This document shows, one piece after another, positions 24,592 through 35,862 of a stretch of DNA of 42,897 bases. Source of the DNA: Callorhinchus milii (Eukaryota); NCBI RefSeq assembly GCF_018977255.1, contig NW_024705455.1, positions 1 through 42,897 of the forward strand. The letters run 5' to 3'. The translations under genes were made by a program, and so were the position numbers. Each line of letters starts with the position of its first letter. Positions within the stretch are counted from its first letter, which is position 1. Under the pieces are notes generated by a model, which worked only from the letters and a program-made list of their open reading frames with translations, was not told where the DNA came from and made no database searches.

Positions 24592-25069
24592 TGTAGTGTA
24601 GCACAAGTCGGAGACGTGGTACTTGCAGGATGCACCTTCTTTAATTGTAACACCCTTTGGTCGTTCACACACAGGATCGCCTCCTTTCTCGCTCCCGTTG
24701 CCGTACAACCCAGCCCAGACTCAACCCTAACCGCGTTGCATCGACGGCATCGACCGAGACAGCCAACAACTGTCCGGCCGCACAATTATCGAGTGAAGGC
24801 GGCAGCGACGAAGGCGGCGAAGACGACAGCGGCGACGAACGAGTCCATTCCCAGAACCGGCAGCCTGGAGCTCTCGTTCTCCGCTGCTTTTATTCTACTC
24901 GGCGCGGCTGGCGCCTTCTTTCTCGAACTCACTAGCGGGTTCCAGGAGCTTCCCGATGAGGTCTTTTGTGACCCTTGCCCCAGTTCCTCAGCCCTGCCGG
25001 CACACCCGTGTATATGCTCGCCGGCGTGTGCGCTAACTGTTGGACAGCAGTCCGCGCTATGTCACTACA
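24592..25069 (-). mobile_element. Solo LTR (Gypsy-like), inserted in the 24360-25259 repeat
   Basis: TGTAGTG...CACTACA termini and flanks CATT/CATA. Absent from the homologous repeat copy at ~21587. Related to 36215-36972. Confidence 0.75.
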
Positions 25070-26101
25070 CATAAGTATTTGGCTGCTATAAATATCCACG
25101 TGATAAGCCACTTTTGATGGGCTATCATTTGTGGCCGGGTGTCGCTTCTGAAAAACAGAGCTTTTAAGCTCGATGGGCCTCACCCGGTAAAGTAAAAAAA
25201 ATAGTTTTGTATTCTGGAGATCTGTGAAAAAGAGTTTCAAACTCATCCGATTCCTCCAGTTTAAATATTCCGATTATTTAGATAGTTCGTATCACATCAT
25301 GGGACCTCCTTTGCCAGTACCAAAATATGAAAATAGGTTTTCACCTTTTTTCAACGGTTTTACTTAACTTGGCTCCTGTGTCGTGGTCAAATCTTGTAAT
25401 CTACATTTCGTCCACTTCCCGTTGTCGAATCAATTCAACATTTTGCACACGTACTCAGATCCGGTGACAATGCATGCCTGTATCAAAATCGACATTTTGT
25501 ATAGACGGTTTATTATTTATATATATGTTTGTGTAGGTAAAAAACTCCGCGGTCCCTAAACTCTGGAATCGCCTCGCCAAGAAGCAGGCGCCACGTGTCT
25601 CAGGCGCGCCTGCTCCGTGTGAACGAGTTACGGGCACCCTCACTCCACACAAACAAAAGTTGTACATTGAAGATTAATTTATAAAGTAATCAATTAACTA
25701 AAGTAAGCCTTGATGTGGGAGCAGGCGCCGCATGATTGACGTACTTCTCGACCGTGAGTTAAACGAAGTTGTTAATAAAAAATTTTTTTTTAAGGAGTTT
25801 ATTCTGGCAACAAAACAGGTGTTAAGATGTTAAAACACCAAACTGAAACCTTTTCCAAGGAATCATGTCTGCATTAACCACAATACTTGTGGTCAGAATG
25901 CAAACAAAAAACAACACTCTGATAACATATGCATTGTCTCTGAAACTGATTGGTCCACACCAGAGACAGCTTTCTTTTGAGCCTCCTAAAAAGCATGAAA
26001 CCCTCTTCTCACAATTCGTATCACGCCACGCACCTGGATAACTGTGGATGACGTCACTCGCGTAAACAATCTACACAGTGCGTACAAAATGGCGACATTG
26101 C

Positions 26102-26503
26102 GTCACGCACGCACATTCGTCATGACGTCATATTTCGCTTCCTTTTTAATCGCGCGCGCGCGCGATTGGTCACGCACGCACATTCGCCGTGACGTCATAT
26201 TTTGCTTCGTTTTTAATCGCGCGCGCGCGCGATTGGTCACGCACGCACATTCGTCATGACGTCATATTTCGCTTCCTTTTTAATCGCGCGCGCGCGCGAT
26301 TGGTCACGCACGCACATTCGCCGTGACGTCATATTTTGCTTCGTTTTAATCGCGCGCGCGCGCGATTGGTCACGCACGCACATTCGTCATGACGTCATAT
26401 TTCGCTTCCTTTTTAATCGCGCGCGCGCGCGATTGGTCACGCACGCACATTCGTCGTGACGTCATATGTCGCTTCCTTTTTAATCGCGCGCGCGCGATTG
26501 GTC
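26102..26503. repeat. Six-unit 65-67 bp tandem array upstream of SRSF5 (CRE, (CG)7 palindrome and inverted CCAAT in each unit)
   Basis: Unit starts at 26102, 26169, 26236, 26303, 26369 and 26436, with variant order A-B-A-B-A-C. Confidence 0.95.
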
Positions 26504-26569
26504 GAGAGCGACTATTAAGACCACGTGGGCTGCGAGTGTGGCCGGGTGGGGGGGGTGAGAATAGAAACT

Positions 26570-26695
26570 AACCAATCACGCGTCGAGGAGAGCCGCTGCC
26601 GCCTGTGCGGACTGGGATATTAAAAGCACGCGGGCGGACGCGGCGTAGGTTCATTTGGCGGAGACAAAGCGAACGTGGGGAGCGGAGGCTGTAAG
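26570..26695 (+). promoter_or_regulatory. Candidate SRSF5 core promoter and non-coding exon 1
   Basis: CCAAT 26572-26576, TATA-like TATTAAAA 26618-26625, donor AAG|GTAACG (GT at 26696; alternative at 26691). Lies in a CpG-rich region spanning ~25.5-27.6 kb. Confidence 0.55.
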
Positions 26696-28588
26696 GTAAC
26701 GAGCTCGCCCACACACATACACACATCGCCTTGTTTTGCTGCTTGTATTCGTTGACGTGGCGAGCGGAGGGTTATAGGTCGTACAGCAGCGAGGTCTTGG
26801 TCCCCCTTCCGTTCGGATACGGTGCTTCTATGAGTGGAAGGTGTAGCCGAGGTGACATTGGTCACGGCATGGCTTGTACAGTGTGTTTACAAGTATGCCA
26901 AACGCTTAGTCGATGGCTTCACCGATCGTGTGCCTATTCTCGTTTAAAAAAAATATTTAAAGTAATGTAACGTCGCTCAAGCAAAGTTCGTGAAAACATC
27001 CTTTATTATTAAGCCCCTTTAATGCAATCGTGAATATACTGTACGAGATACGTTTCGCCGTTTAATCTTCCCAAGTGTTAAAATAAAGTGTCGTCGTGTT
27101 GAACCGACGTGTAACGCAACTGATTGAATTGACAGATCCGCTTTACGCGCGAATTATTGAGTTAGGGACCTTGCAGTAAATTTGGCACTTGACCTTTTGC
27201 CGTGAATTTGTGCTCGTTTTATTTTTAACGTTTCCTTTAATTCGACATTTTAACGCTTCATAACCTCCCCACACACAACAAGATGGACGGAGTTGCAAGA
27301 TGGAGGCACGCGTTAGAATCCGTAGCGCGGATGCGCGCCCGCCGCTTCTTCCCCGCTCCTCATTGGCCCCGCCGTACCCCCACGTGACGCACGCGGAGCC
27401 AATGGCGTTGCTCGTTAAACACGCGGCTTGCCTGTGCGAGCTAGGGAATGTAAAGCGTGAGGGGTGCATGTGAAGCCCTCCTGGCGCAGTTGATATTGCA
27501 ATGGGCCCCATGTGCGTGTTGGGATTGTTGTAAATAAACTTGCTCTTAAAGGTTCTGAGTTGTAAGTTGATATATGGAGGGGATTATCACGAGGCTCGCT
27601 CTCGCACCTCGGGCTGTGTCGAGGTTAATGTCACTTTATGGAAGTTGGGCAGCTCTTAAGGGCCGACATTTGCTTGAATTTTTAAGTAAAGATTTCCTCC
27701 CGCACTGTAAAATAACAAGCCATGTCCAGCTGTGGCTCAAGCCATAAATAAGTCGTCCGTCTATTAACGGCGTGTCGGCATGGGTTGTCGTTTGACCCTA
27801 CATCGTCACCCTGGATATGAAAAGTGATGTCCATGCGGCCGGGTTCATATGGGGCAGCGTGTCAATAATTGCGCCATCGCGACCATATCGCCATGTGTAC
27901 GCACGGAAATTATCGTCATTTAAGTGCAACGAATTTATCGATTGGTTTATTTTACGAAACGCAAACCATTTGTTTGAAAAGTATCCGGTTCCCCTCCTTT
28001 GCCACAATTAAGTTATATAACTCAAGTGCAGAGTGACACCCACAGATTAATGCAATGACGTCAAGAATACAGTATTACACTGCAGAATAATATCGGGTTT
28101 TTGAGACCTTAACAGTATAACATTTCGTACGATTCTACATTCGTGTCCGTTATGTTAGTCGAATTTACAACAAATTTTAACCTAGATAAATGCGTTTGGG
28201 CAACTCCACATGCCAGTAGGCCATAATACTAAGCTGGTGTTAGCAAATAAAATGACTCCATGTTCTCGGGGTAGTAAATATCCCAACGGTCAATACACAT
28301 GAAGCAATGTTCCTTGCACAACTTTTATCCAGACTTAAGAAATTAACACATTGTAAGGAATTATGATAATAAATGCTTGCTTTGGAATATCTTGACAATT
28401 TATGAACCAATGTATGTTGGGATGCAAGCTGCATTGGCATTACTTATTTTTTCTACTTACGTGACTTTACCGAAAGAACCAAAGAGTATTACTTGTAACC
28501 TTACAGCATATGGCTTATGGTTTTCTAACCTCCTTGTTTGTTTTGTTTCCAGGATTTTCATAGGTTAGTCTTGTGCCAGCTGTTAAAC

Positions 28589-28717
28589 ATGAGTTCATCC
28601 AGTCGAGTTTTCATTGCGCGCCTGGGGCCACATGTCAGGACCAAGGATGTGGAGAAGTTTTTCAAGGGCTACGGAAAGATCCGAGACATTGACATCAAAG
28701 CAGGGTTTGGGTTTGTG
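28589..28717 (+). CDS. SRSF5: SRSF5 first coding exon, RRM1 start (MSSSSRVFIARLGPHVRTKDVEKFFKGYGKIRDIDIKAGFGFV)
   Basis: Exon begins at 28553 after tttccAG; donor GTG|GTAAGT. IRDID...GFGFV and the intron position are typical of SRSF5. Confidence 0.9.
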
Positions 28718-29066
28718 GTAAGTTGACGAAGTCGTTGTGGGTGGAACAATTGTAGCAGGTATTTTATCAACTTGCAGGCAACAGAGTGCAGCAAAGTCCA
28801 TTGTGCTCTCAATGTCTGTGCTCCCTGTCTTCAACCCGCACAGAATGGCGCGGTGAAGTATGGTCTAATAACCCTCGTGGCCCGCACTTTGTGTGGAGGC
28901 CAACAGCGGAATAACAGAGCTGTGCCTGGACATTTTCTAACAGCGTTGCAATCGCTAAAATATAGTAAAAAATGTTGCTTAAAATAACTTTTGTTTAATA
29001 TTCATCTTTTATTATACAGCATGTCATGCACCAATCATCTAAAATCTGCATGTTTGTCTTTTACAG

Positions 29067-29137
29067 GAATTTGATGATTGCAGAGATGCAGATGATGCAG
29101 TCAGTGACCTGAATGGCAGGGAGCTAAACAATGAAAG
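29067..29137 (+). CDS. SRSF5: SRSF5 exon (EFDDCRDADDAVSDLNGRELNNER)
   Basis: 71 nt, AG/GT boundaries, RDADDAV motif. Confidence 0.92.
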
Positions 29138-29485
29138 GTTTGTTTATTGCTCTTATCTTGTAGATGGATATTGGACTATATAAAGTTGCCTCGTGTGATG
29201 GTGTCTCAACAGTGAAAGTTGCTGTTGTATGTCAATAACTGGCATTTTTTTTTATTATTCCATGGAGCAATAGACCCTGATTCAGTAGGGGCTTTCTTGG
29301 TTTTGAAGAATGACAGAGGCATTTGTATTGCTTGATTGGTCAACTTGGGAGTCCGCCAAATTCAAATATGGAAAGAAGTTTTGCCCTGACCATTAACTTG
29401 TTAGGCTACCATACAGCTCATAAAACACTCGTGAAGATAAAGCATTCATGTGTTTGCTGTTTCCTAACTCGCTTTTGTTTGGTAG

Positions 29486-29626
29486 AATGACAGTGGAACA
29501 CGCTCGTGCTCCCCGGGCTCGCGGAGATCGCATGGACACGTTCGTGCGCCGGCCCTCGGGCCCTCCGCCCACCTACCGCCCTCGTGGAGGAGGAGGAGGA
29601 GGAGGACCATCGTCCAGCTCTGCCAG
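29486..29626 (+). CDS. SRSF5: SRSF5 exon (MTVEHARAPR...Gly-rich linker)
   Basis: 141 nt, phase 2-2, VEHAR motif, CAG|GTAATG donor. Confidence 0.9.
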
Positions 29627-30050
29627 GTAATGACCATCATTTGTTCCCTCTTAAGTGGTTTTGTGTTTATTTTGCTGTCGTCCCTGCTCCCGCATCTCCG
29701 ATTAGAACGGTTGGCGACGTACGGTGTGACAGAAGTTATATATTACAGTGTAATTTCTTTTTATCCAAGTCATCGTGGGTAATATGCTCTTATTCAATTG
29801 GGTGCACCTGTAATGTGGCATTTTATTATCAAATGCCATATTCTCAAAATCACTCCCACCCTGCTCTTTTCGAAATTTTAAGAAATATAAACATTACCAT
29901 TATGTATACGTATTAAGCCTTGTTTTACAATGTTGTCCCTCCACCTATTTGTTTCATTTGCGTAGTTTACCCATCTATACATCTTTTAACAAGAAGATCT
30001 AGAGTGACGTTTCAGGTTTGTGATTTTTGATTGTGCTGGTTTTCTTACAG

Positions 30051-30132
30051 TAGTGGTGGCAGATATGGACCTCCAAGCAGGACCGATCATCGCCTGGTTG
30101 TCGAGAACCTGTCTTCTACTGTCAGTTGGCAG
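30051..30132 (+). CDS. SRSF5: SRSF5 exon ([27 protein letters not shown])
   Basis: 82 nt, start of pseudo-RRM2. CAGTAG tandem acceptor; CAG|GTATAA donor. Confidence 0.92.
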
Positions 30133-30384
30133 GTATAACTAATTGTCGAACGATTCTTTGAATTTTAGAAATGTTTGAAACTTAAGAAATATTGCTAAAT
30201 GTAACTATGAACTTTGTAATTAAAACATGATTGCTTTAAAGATGAAGAAACAATAATTTTATTAGTATTTATGAAATACTGATTTTGTGTTTGTGAAGTG
30301 CATTTAATGTAAAATGTGAAAAGTGTTATATTTTTGATTGATGACATGTGATTGTAACCAATGTTTTATAACCCTTTTACCTAG

Positions 30385-30841
30385 CAGCCTCGCTCTGCAT
30401 GGCTGCGCTAATTTGCAGGTTTTTCGCTAAAATGTGTCGGATCCACCGGGCAAGGGTCGTGCGGGTCGTTGGTTTGGCCACGTCGCTGTCGCGGGGTTGG
30501 TCCGATCAGGGTCTCCAGAGGTCCACAAATTGCTCCTAGTCGGATGGCGTCCCGAGCAGCGGAGAGGATCGTGCCTAGCGTTACTGGAGTCGAGAGGGGC
30601 CTTTGCCTGGGTCTGCTCGTGCGGTTCGAGGTGGTTTCTGGCTCCTTGCTGGCATTCCGGCCGGCGGTAACGGGCAGAGTAACGCGTCATCCGGCGAGGC
30701 GGCGTCCCCGAGGAGCAGAGTCCCTCTCCCGCGGGCGAAAGTGCGTGTCTTCGGTCAAAGGGGTCCTTCGTGTCATACGTGCTCGTGTCAGGCTAGTGGT
30801 GGTCCGTTGGCCATCCGGAACCTCTTTGTGGTCCTGTCTGG
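30385..30841 (+). other. Candidate NMD-inducing poison cassette exon in SRSF5 intron 5
   Basis: ccttttaccTAGCAG acceptor, in-frame TAA at 30409-30411, TGG|GTATGA donor. GC-rich island within an AT-rich intron that splits SWQ|DLKD. Confidence 0.65.
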
Positions 30842-31042
30842 GTATGACATCCACATAATGTTTTTTTTATTAAACTTCTTGCTCTCATACAATTCTAACA
30901 ATTGCATTTTTCATGTAAATTTTTGTGCAATCATTAACATGCTGAAACACATTTCTCTTTGATAAATGTGATTTTGATGGGAAATGTTTTGGCCCAGTGT
31001 CAAATACAGAGAATTTGAGCATCTTGTGTGGTGTCATTGCAG

Positions 31043-31116
31043 GATTTGAAGGACTACATGAGGCAGGCTGGCGAGGTCACCTTTGCTGATGCTCACAGGA
31101 TTCATCAAAATGTTGG
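31043..31116 (+). CDS. SRSF5: SRSF5 exon ([25 protein letters not shown])
   Basis: 74 nt, completes the SWQDLKD signature; GG|GTAAGT donor. Confidence 0.93.
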
Positions 31117-31235
31117 GTAAGTGGTCATAGATGGATGAAAAAAATACAAGTAAAATTGCCATAACGTCTTGGCATAAGGTGATAAATTATGAATCATTTT
31201 TTTATATTAATATTTCATTTTTTGTCTTTCTACAG

Positions 31236-31346
31236 AGTGGTGGAATTTGCTACAAGAAATGACATGAAGAATGCTATTGACAAGCTTAATGGAAAGGAGA
31301 TTAATGGAAGAAAAATAAAGCTTGTTGAAGAAAACAAACGCAAGAG
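31236..31346 (+). CDS. SRSF5: SRSF5 exon (VVEFATRNDMKNAIDKLNGKEINGRKIKLVEENKRK)
   Basis: 111 nt, phase 2-2, end of RRM2. Confidence 0.93.
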
Positions 31347-31473
31347 GTACGTATTGAACCTTGCATTTATCAGAACATTGCCGTTCACAGACGAATGTAA
31401 GATTTATAACATGGAGTTGTGGTCGGTTATCGTCGGCTGACACCTTGTGTATTTGTGTGCGATTCTTGTGCAG

Positions 31474-31748
31474 CTCCCGTAGCCGCTCCCGCTCGAGCAG
31501 ATCTTCCCGGTCTGATAGCCGCTCCCGGTCGCGCTCCCGCAGCTCCTCGCGCTCCCGCAGTCCCCGACCATCCCGTCGCTCCCCACCAACCCGGCGTTCC
31601 CGGAGCCCCAACCGGCAAAGCGCTCTCGCAGCCCTCCGCCGAAGCGGGGGAGTGGCAGCAGATCGCCCCCCGCCGCCGACCAAGCGAATAATAAGCCGAA
31701 AAGTTTGACTGTTCCGTCGCGTTCCGCTCTGCTAGTAGTGGAGAATAG
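31474..31748 (+). CDS. SRSF5: SRSF5 last exon, RS domain; two apparent 1-nt deletions (as-written frame stops at 31708)
   Basis: SRSRSRSSRSS... in the first frame, KRSRSPPPKRGSGSRSPP in a second frame from ~31612, and RSASSGE* (TAG 31746-31748) in a third. Confidence 0.8.
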
Positions 31749-32262
31749 TTTTTGAGTGTGGTTGTGAGCAGGGGGTTGCTTGTGTGTGGGTTATGTACAT
31801 TTCGGGGTCTGTATTCTGAGCACTATGTTTAGGTTGTTGGAGTCGATTCACACGAGACAATTTCCTGATATCAAAACATGCAGCAAATGTCAGCGCCTCC
31901 TTAACAATGAACCATTTGAAAATGTTTTCCTTAGAAGTAAGTAGGCCTGGTATTCGGTCCAGTTTCATATTTATAAAGTAAAAATATGAATTGACATTTT
32001 TAAATATCCCTCCAGACAAACTGATGGGTAAATATTAACATTGTTCATTGCAAAGAGCTGTTATTTGCTGCATTAAAGGCGACATTAACCTGGAATTTTG
32101 TACAGATTCTTGTTTTGGTATAATTTTCTTTTGTGAATATGCCAGTAGATATTTGACATGTACGTCAGTGGATGCGTTGTGCATCGCATGCACATAACTC
32201 CTTGAGTTATTGCCGTCGCATTTTTATTAACACAATGTTATTTGTGTATATTTTCATTTATG

Positions 32263-32368
32263 AATAAAAGTGCATGCGTCAACTGTAAAAAGTTAACCTT
32301 GCCTCTCTGGTCCTGTTAATTATTAAGTCTTGTAGTTTTATAATTTTGATTTACAAAATGTTAATAAA
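32263..32368 (+). terminator. Candidate SRSF5 polyadenylation signals
   Basis: AATAAA at 32263-32268 and 32363-32368, each followed by T/GT-rich sequence. Confidence 0.5.
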
Positions 32369-32456
32369 GTCAATTACATTCCTTTTCATGTGTTCTGTCA
32401 CGTGAGTGGTGCACAAGTAATGGAGCGAAAGAACCAAACTTCTTTGTGGATTCTAT

Positions 32457-32790
32457 CTTGATTAGAAGCTTTCGTGACTGCAGGATTTCATACTCGGGTT
32501 CTTTCGGTAAAGTCACGTAGATAGGAAAATAAATAATAGACGTGATCAACCAGGTAAAGTGCTAACTGTTGAGTTAGCCGACTTGAGTTGCATTACATTT
32601 GTAAATTTTCTTAAGTGTACCTAAGCTTCCTTGTCACATTTCTCTTTCACCCAAGCCCTCTTTGAATTTTATCCTCACCCTCTCGCCCCTCTGCGGCCTC
32701 CCCTCTATATAATGCCTTGTAACAGAGGCATGTTTCACCTGAGGACGATTGCTTGTTGCGATCGAAACGCCGTGATTTATTTTCCTACGT
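32457..32790. mobile_element. Diverged foldback family 1 copy with hammerhead motif mutated at the cleavage triplet
   Basis: Tail and arm at 32467-32530. TCAC-CTGAGGA-C-GATTGC-TTGTT-GCGATC-GAAA-C-GCC-GTGA at 32735-32775. Confidence 0.7.
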
Positions 32791-34350
32791 TATTTGTGGA
32801 TTACAATTTGAAATCCAATTCGATGCTGTGAAAAATGTTCAAAGACCGTACAAGCTCATGAAAAATTGGGAATGCCCCTACATTTCCTTTGCATGAACTA
32901 AAAGCCAAACCAATTTTTATGGGTGCGGGGTTAAAATGGCTCCAGCAAAATGTGACGTTTTATTTTCCAAGCCAAGCGTGTTGCCACCCATAGACACGGT
33001 CAATGAGGGATTCTTGAAAAAAAATATTTTCTCTGTCTAGTTTAACCTTTAATGTTAGCTACCAATGTGGTTTGGGACGGAAATTAGGATAAAATGGCTG
33101 GTGTTTAAGCATTTGATTTATTACAATTAAATGCACATTGGTAAAAAATTAAGACCTCTAGTCTTATGAATACACAGGAAACTTACGTTAAATTACCACT
33201 AGGTGTCACTAAACAGTCTATTCAAGTAACTTAAATGGTAAGAATATGGTATTGGTCAGTACGGTAATTTCGGGATTGGTATTTTCTTCCATCTCGGGTT
33301 GAATTCTTAAAACATTGGAATTCACAAGAGCCGGTAATGAGATGTGTATTTTTCTTGCAGGACAATTTTAACTTTTTCACAACCTTACAAACACCTTTTT
33401 AACTGTAATCAAACTTAATTAAACCCAATTCAATCAACTTAAACGGACAATTCAACAGGAAGTTAAAAGAGGCAGGAGAAAAAAACTCCCCTGTTCCTGT
33501 TGCCATGTCCTCTCCAAATTAAAAATTCCAAACTCGGCTCACGTGAGGGTATTTTAAGATACACATTAGCAAGAATGGCAATGTCATCTTGACCTACTGT
33601 GGTCCCTGTTATGTTTTGGTTGACATTTTTCGTCCATATCGACACGTTGCTACGTTTGACGGATGGGCCATACATTTGGCAGCCGTTAGTAAAAATATCC
33701 CACATTTTGGGTTGCTGAGCCTTGGAAACATTGCTGTTCTAAGAGAATGCGTCGAGCACACCCATTAGTTCTGCCACTGTCGTTGTGCAGAGCGCATTCA
33801 TGTGTTAAGATAATGTCGAATACATTCCCCAGTCAATTGATACAATAATTGTGGATATATTTTGTTTATACGCATCAATATTCCATAATGGGTTATGCAA
33901 GTTGCTTTACAGGCTTCAGTGCCACTGCTCCTTTCCCCTCGGTCTGGTGAAAAGGCTTGTGTTCAACTAAATTCTAATGGCTAAAGTTAACGGAGCAAAG
34001 TGACCTGCATGGGTAATGGCCCAGTCTCCTCTTGCATTATGTATGGGCAAGTGTTCATTTCTTATTATAAATATTTCGCAAAGATGCACAATAGTGAAGT
34101 GACATCTGCATTCATGTGCCCATAATATAGACGACAGGATCTGTCGGGTGGTGTAACAAAGATTTCGTTTGTTATGTCATCGTAAGAAATGCAAGAAGTC
34201 ACTTCTAATTCTTAACTTATTTCAGCCTTGCTGTTATCTCTCCACACTTTGTCTTTAGAGTACACTACACTTTCTCAAGCAATACAGCAATGTATTTTCT
34301 TTCGTGGTTTTTAGACGTTTGGATTTTTAAAATCGTTATCAATTGAATTT

Positions 34351-34706
34351 TACTGGTAGGAACCACCTGGTTCCACCAGCCCACGGGATTATTGTGTCCG
34401 TCCGTCGTGCATTCAATAATGGGAGGGGTGGGGCTGGGTGGAGAGGGGCTGGGCGGGGAGGTGCTGGGTGGGGAGGTTGGGTGGGGAGGGTGGGGCTGGG
34501 TGGGGGGTGGGAGGGGTGGTGCTGGGTTGGGAGGGGCTGGTCACCCCGTGGTGCCCTTATAAAACTCAACGTTAACCTACTCACGCCGGCTTGTGCCCGC
34601 CCTCACAGTCGGGCATATTTGCGGAATACACCACGCCGCAGTTGACCCTGGCCATTGACCGAGCAACCCAACGTTCTACCAGCTCCCTCCGCAGGAATGT
34701 GTTGTT
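34351..34706 (+). mobile_element. Helentron/DINE-1-like element with G-rich core
   Basis: CTGGTAGGAAC 5' sub-TIR with adjacent GGAACCA/TGGTTCC hairpin, GTCCGTCCGTC, and 3' GTTCTACCAG. Homologous to 16163-16480. Confidence 0.6.
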
Positions 34707-35862
34707 AAATAGTGATTTGTCCACTTATGGACGACAAATGCACGTGCAAAATGCAAACTACACATGGGTGGGACAGTGGTTGGCAACTGCACTTATAACC
34801 TGTTCAGACTGGCAAACAAGGGACTTTGAGCTCTGGCTCCACACCTCCGAATTTTCGATCGAGCAATGCGTCTGATGTGTAAAATATGTACGCGCTATAC
34901 CTTTGTGTTTATTAATAACATGCAGTGGCTAGCTTGGTGATGTATGATCAAACAGCAGTGGATTTTAGAAGCTGTCATTTATTACATGTCAGTATACGAG
35001 GCTGTTTCAATCAGTAAAGAGGGTTCAAAAATATACCACATAGTTTCCTACTTGAAGCAGGTTTCCCCCCCCCCTCCTATTTTTTAATCTTGCAAGTAAA
35101 AAAATAAGCAGATTTTAATTATAACTAACACCGAAATTGCCTCCGCGTGGCATTTGTGAGCATTTAACAAGCATGCAGACGAGAGAAAAGAGATCCAGTC
35201 ATTGCTTCTGTTTGAAATGACACATCTGCACTCCATCTGTGCTAAAACACTACAACTTTAAACTGAAAGTTAAACTCGCACATATTACATTTACTATAAA
35301 AAAAAATCTACGCCGTGAAAATATATCCACATCCCTTTGTGTTCACTTCTTAAAAACTACAAAGCATTTTCAGCAAATGGTTCAGATTACTTATTTATAG
35401 TGAAATGCATTAAACATGAATTATCAGTATGCTGCACACCGTCTTGTTTTGAGGTATGGTTGTATTCCTGTGCTGTGTGAACACCCTGTTTGGAACAGAA
35501 TGAAAGACATACCAATTACATTTTGTTGAAACGACATTACCTCCCGAACATTTTTGAGATGCAGCACAGGCACAAATAGCACGAGGAAATAGAGGTGATG
35601 TTTCAGGAAATTGCACGTCTTCATACATCATAAACTGATCATAAAGGTGTTCTGGCTGGCATGGGGGAACACCTTCATCCAGCAGTGGAATGACCATGGG
35701 CTCTAAACCAAATGTAGCAATGCAATGCCTTTCCTAAACACGAGTGATGGGGTTTTTGTTGAAATAATTTCCATCACTTGTATACAGTCGTGAAATTGCC
35801 AGATGTCGAGTAGTCATGTGATATCACATTTCTTAAACATTTTAGATGAGCAGGTAAAATTA

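Noticed and set aside
24450..25074. ORFs of 92-152 aa
   Set aside because: They lie within a GC-rich solo LTR and show no recognisable domain.
26102..26503. CRISPR-like appearance of regularly spaced palindromic repeats
   Set aside because: Whole units repeat with no unique spacers, there are no cas genes, and the context is eukaryotic. It is a tandem repeat.
30427..30962. Overlapping 78-129 aa ORFs in SRSF5 intron 5
   Set aside because: By-product of high GC content. The frame entered by splicing stops at 30409-30411.
31207..31683. 158-aa antisense ORF rich in RE/RD
   Set aside because: Mirror of the RS-domain codons on the opposite strand.
33463..35780. Short minus-strand ORFs (80-95 aa) as exons of another gene
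   Set aside because: No recognisable motif, nearby in-frame stops, and no consistent splice-phase chain found.
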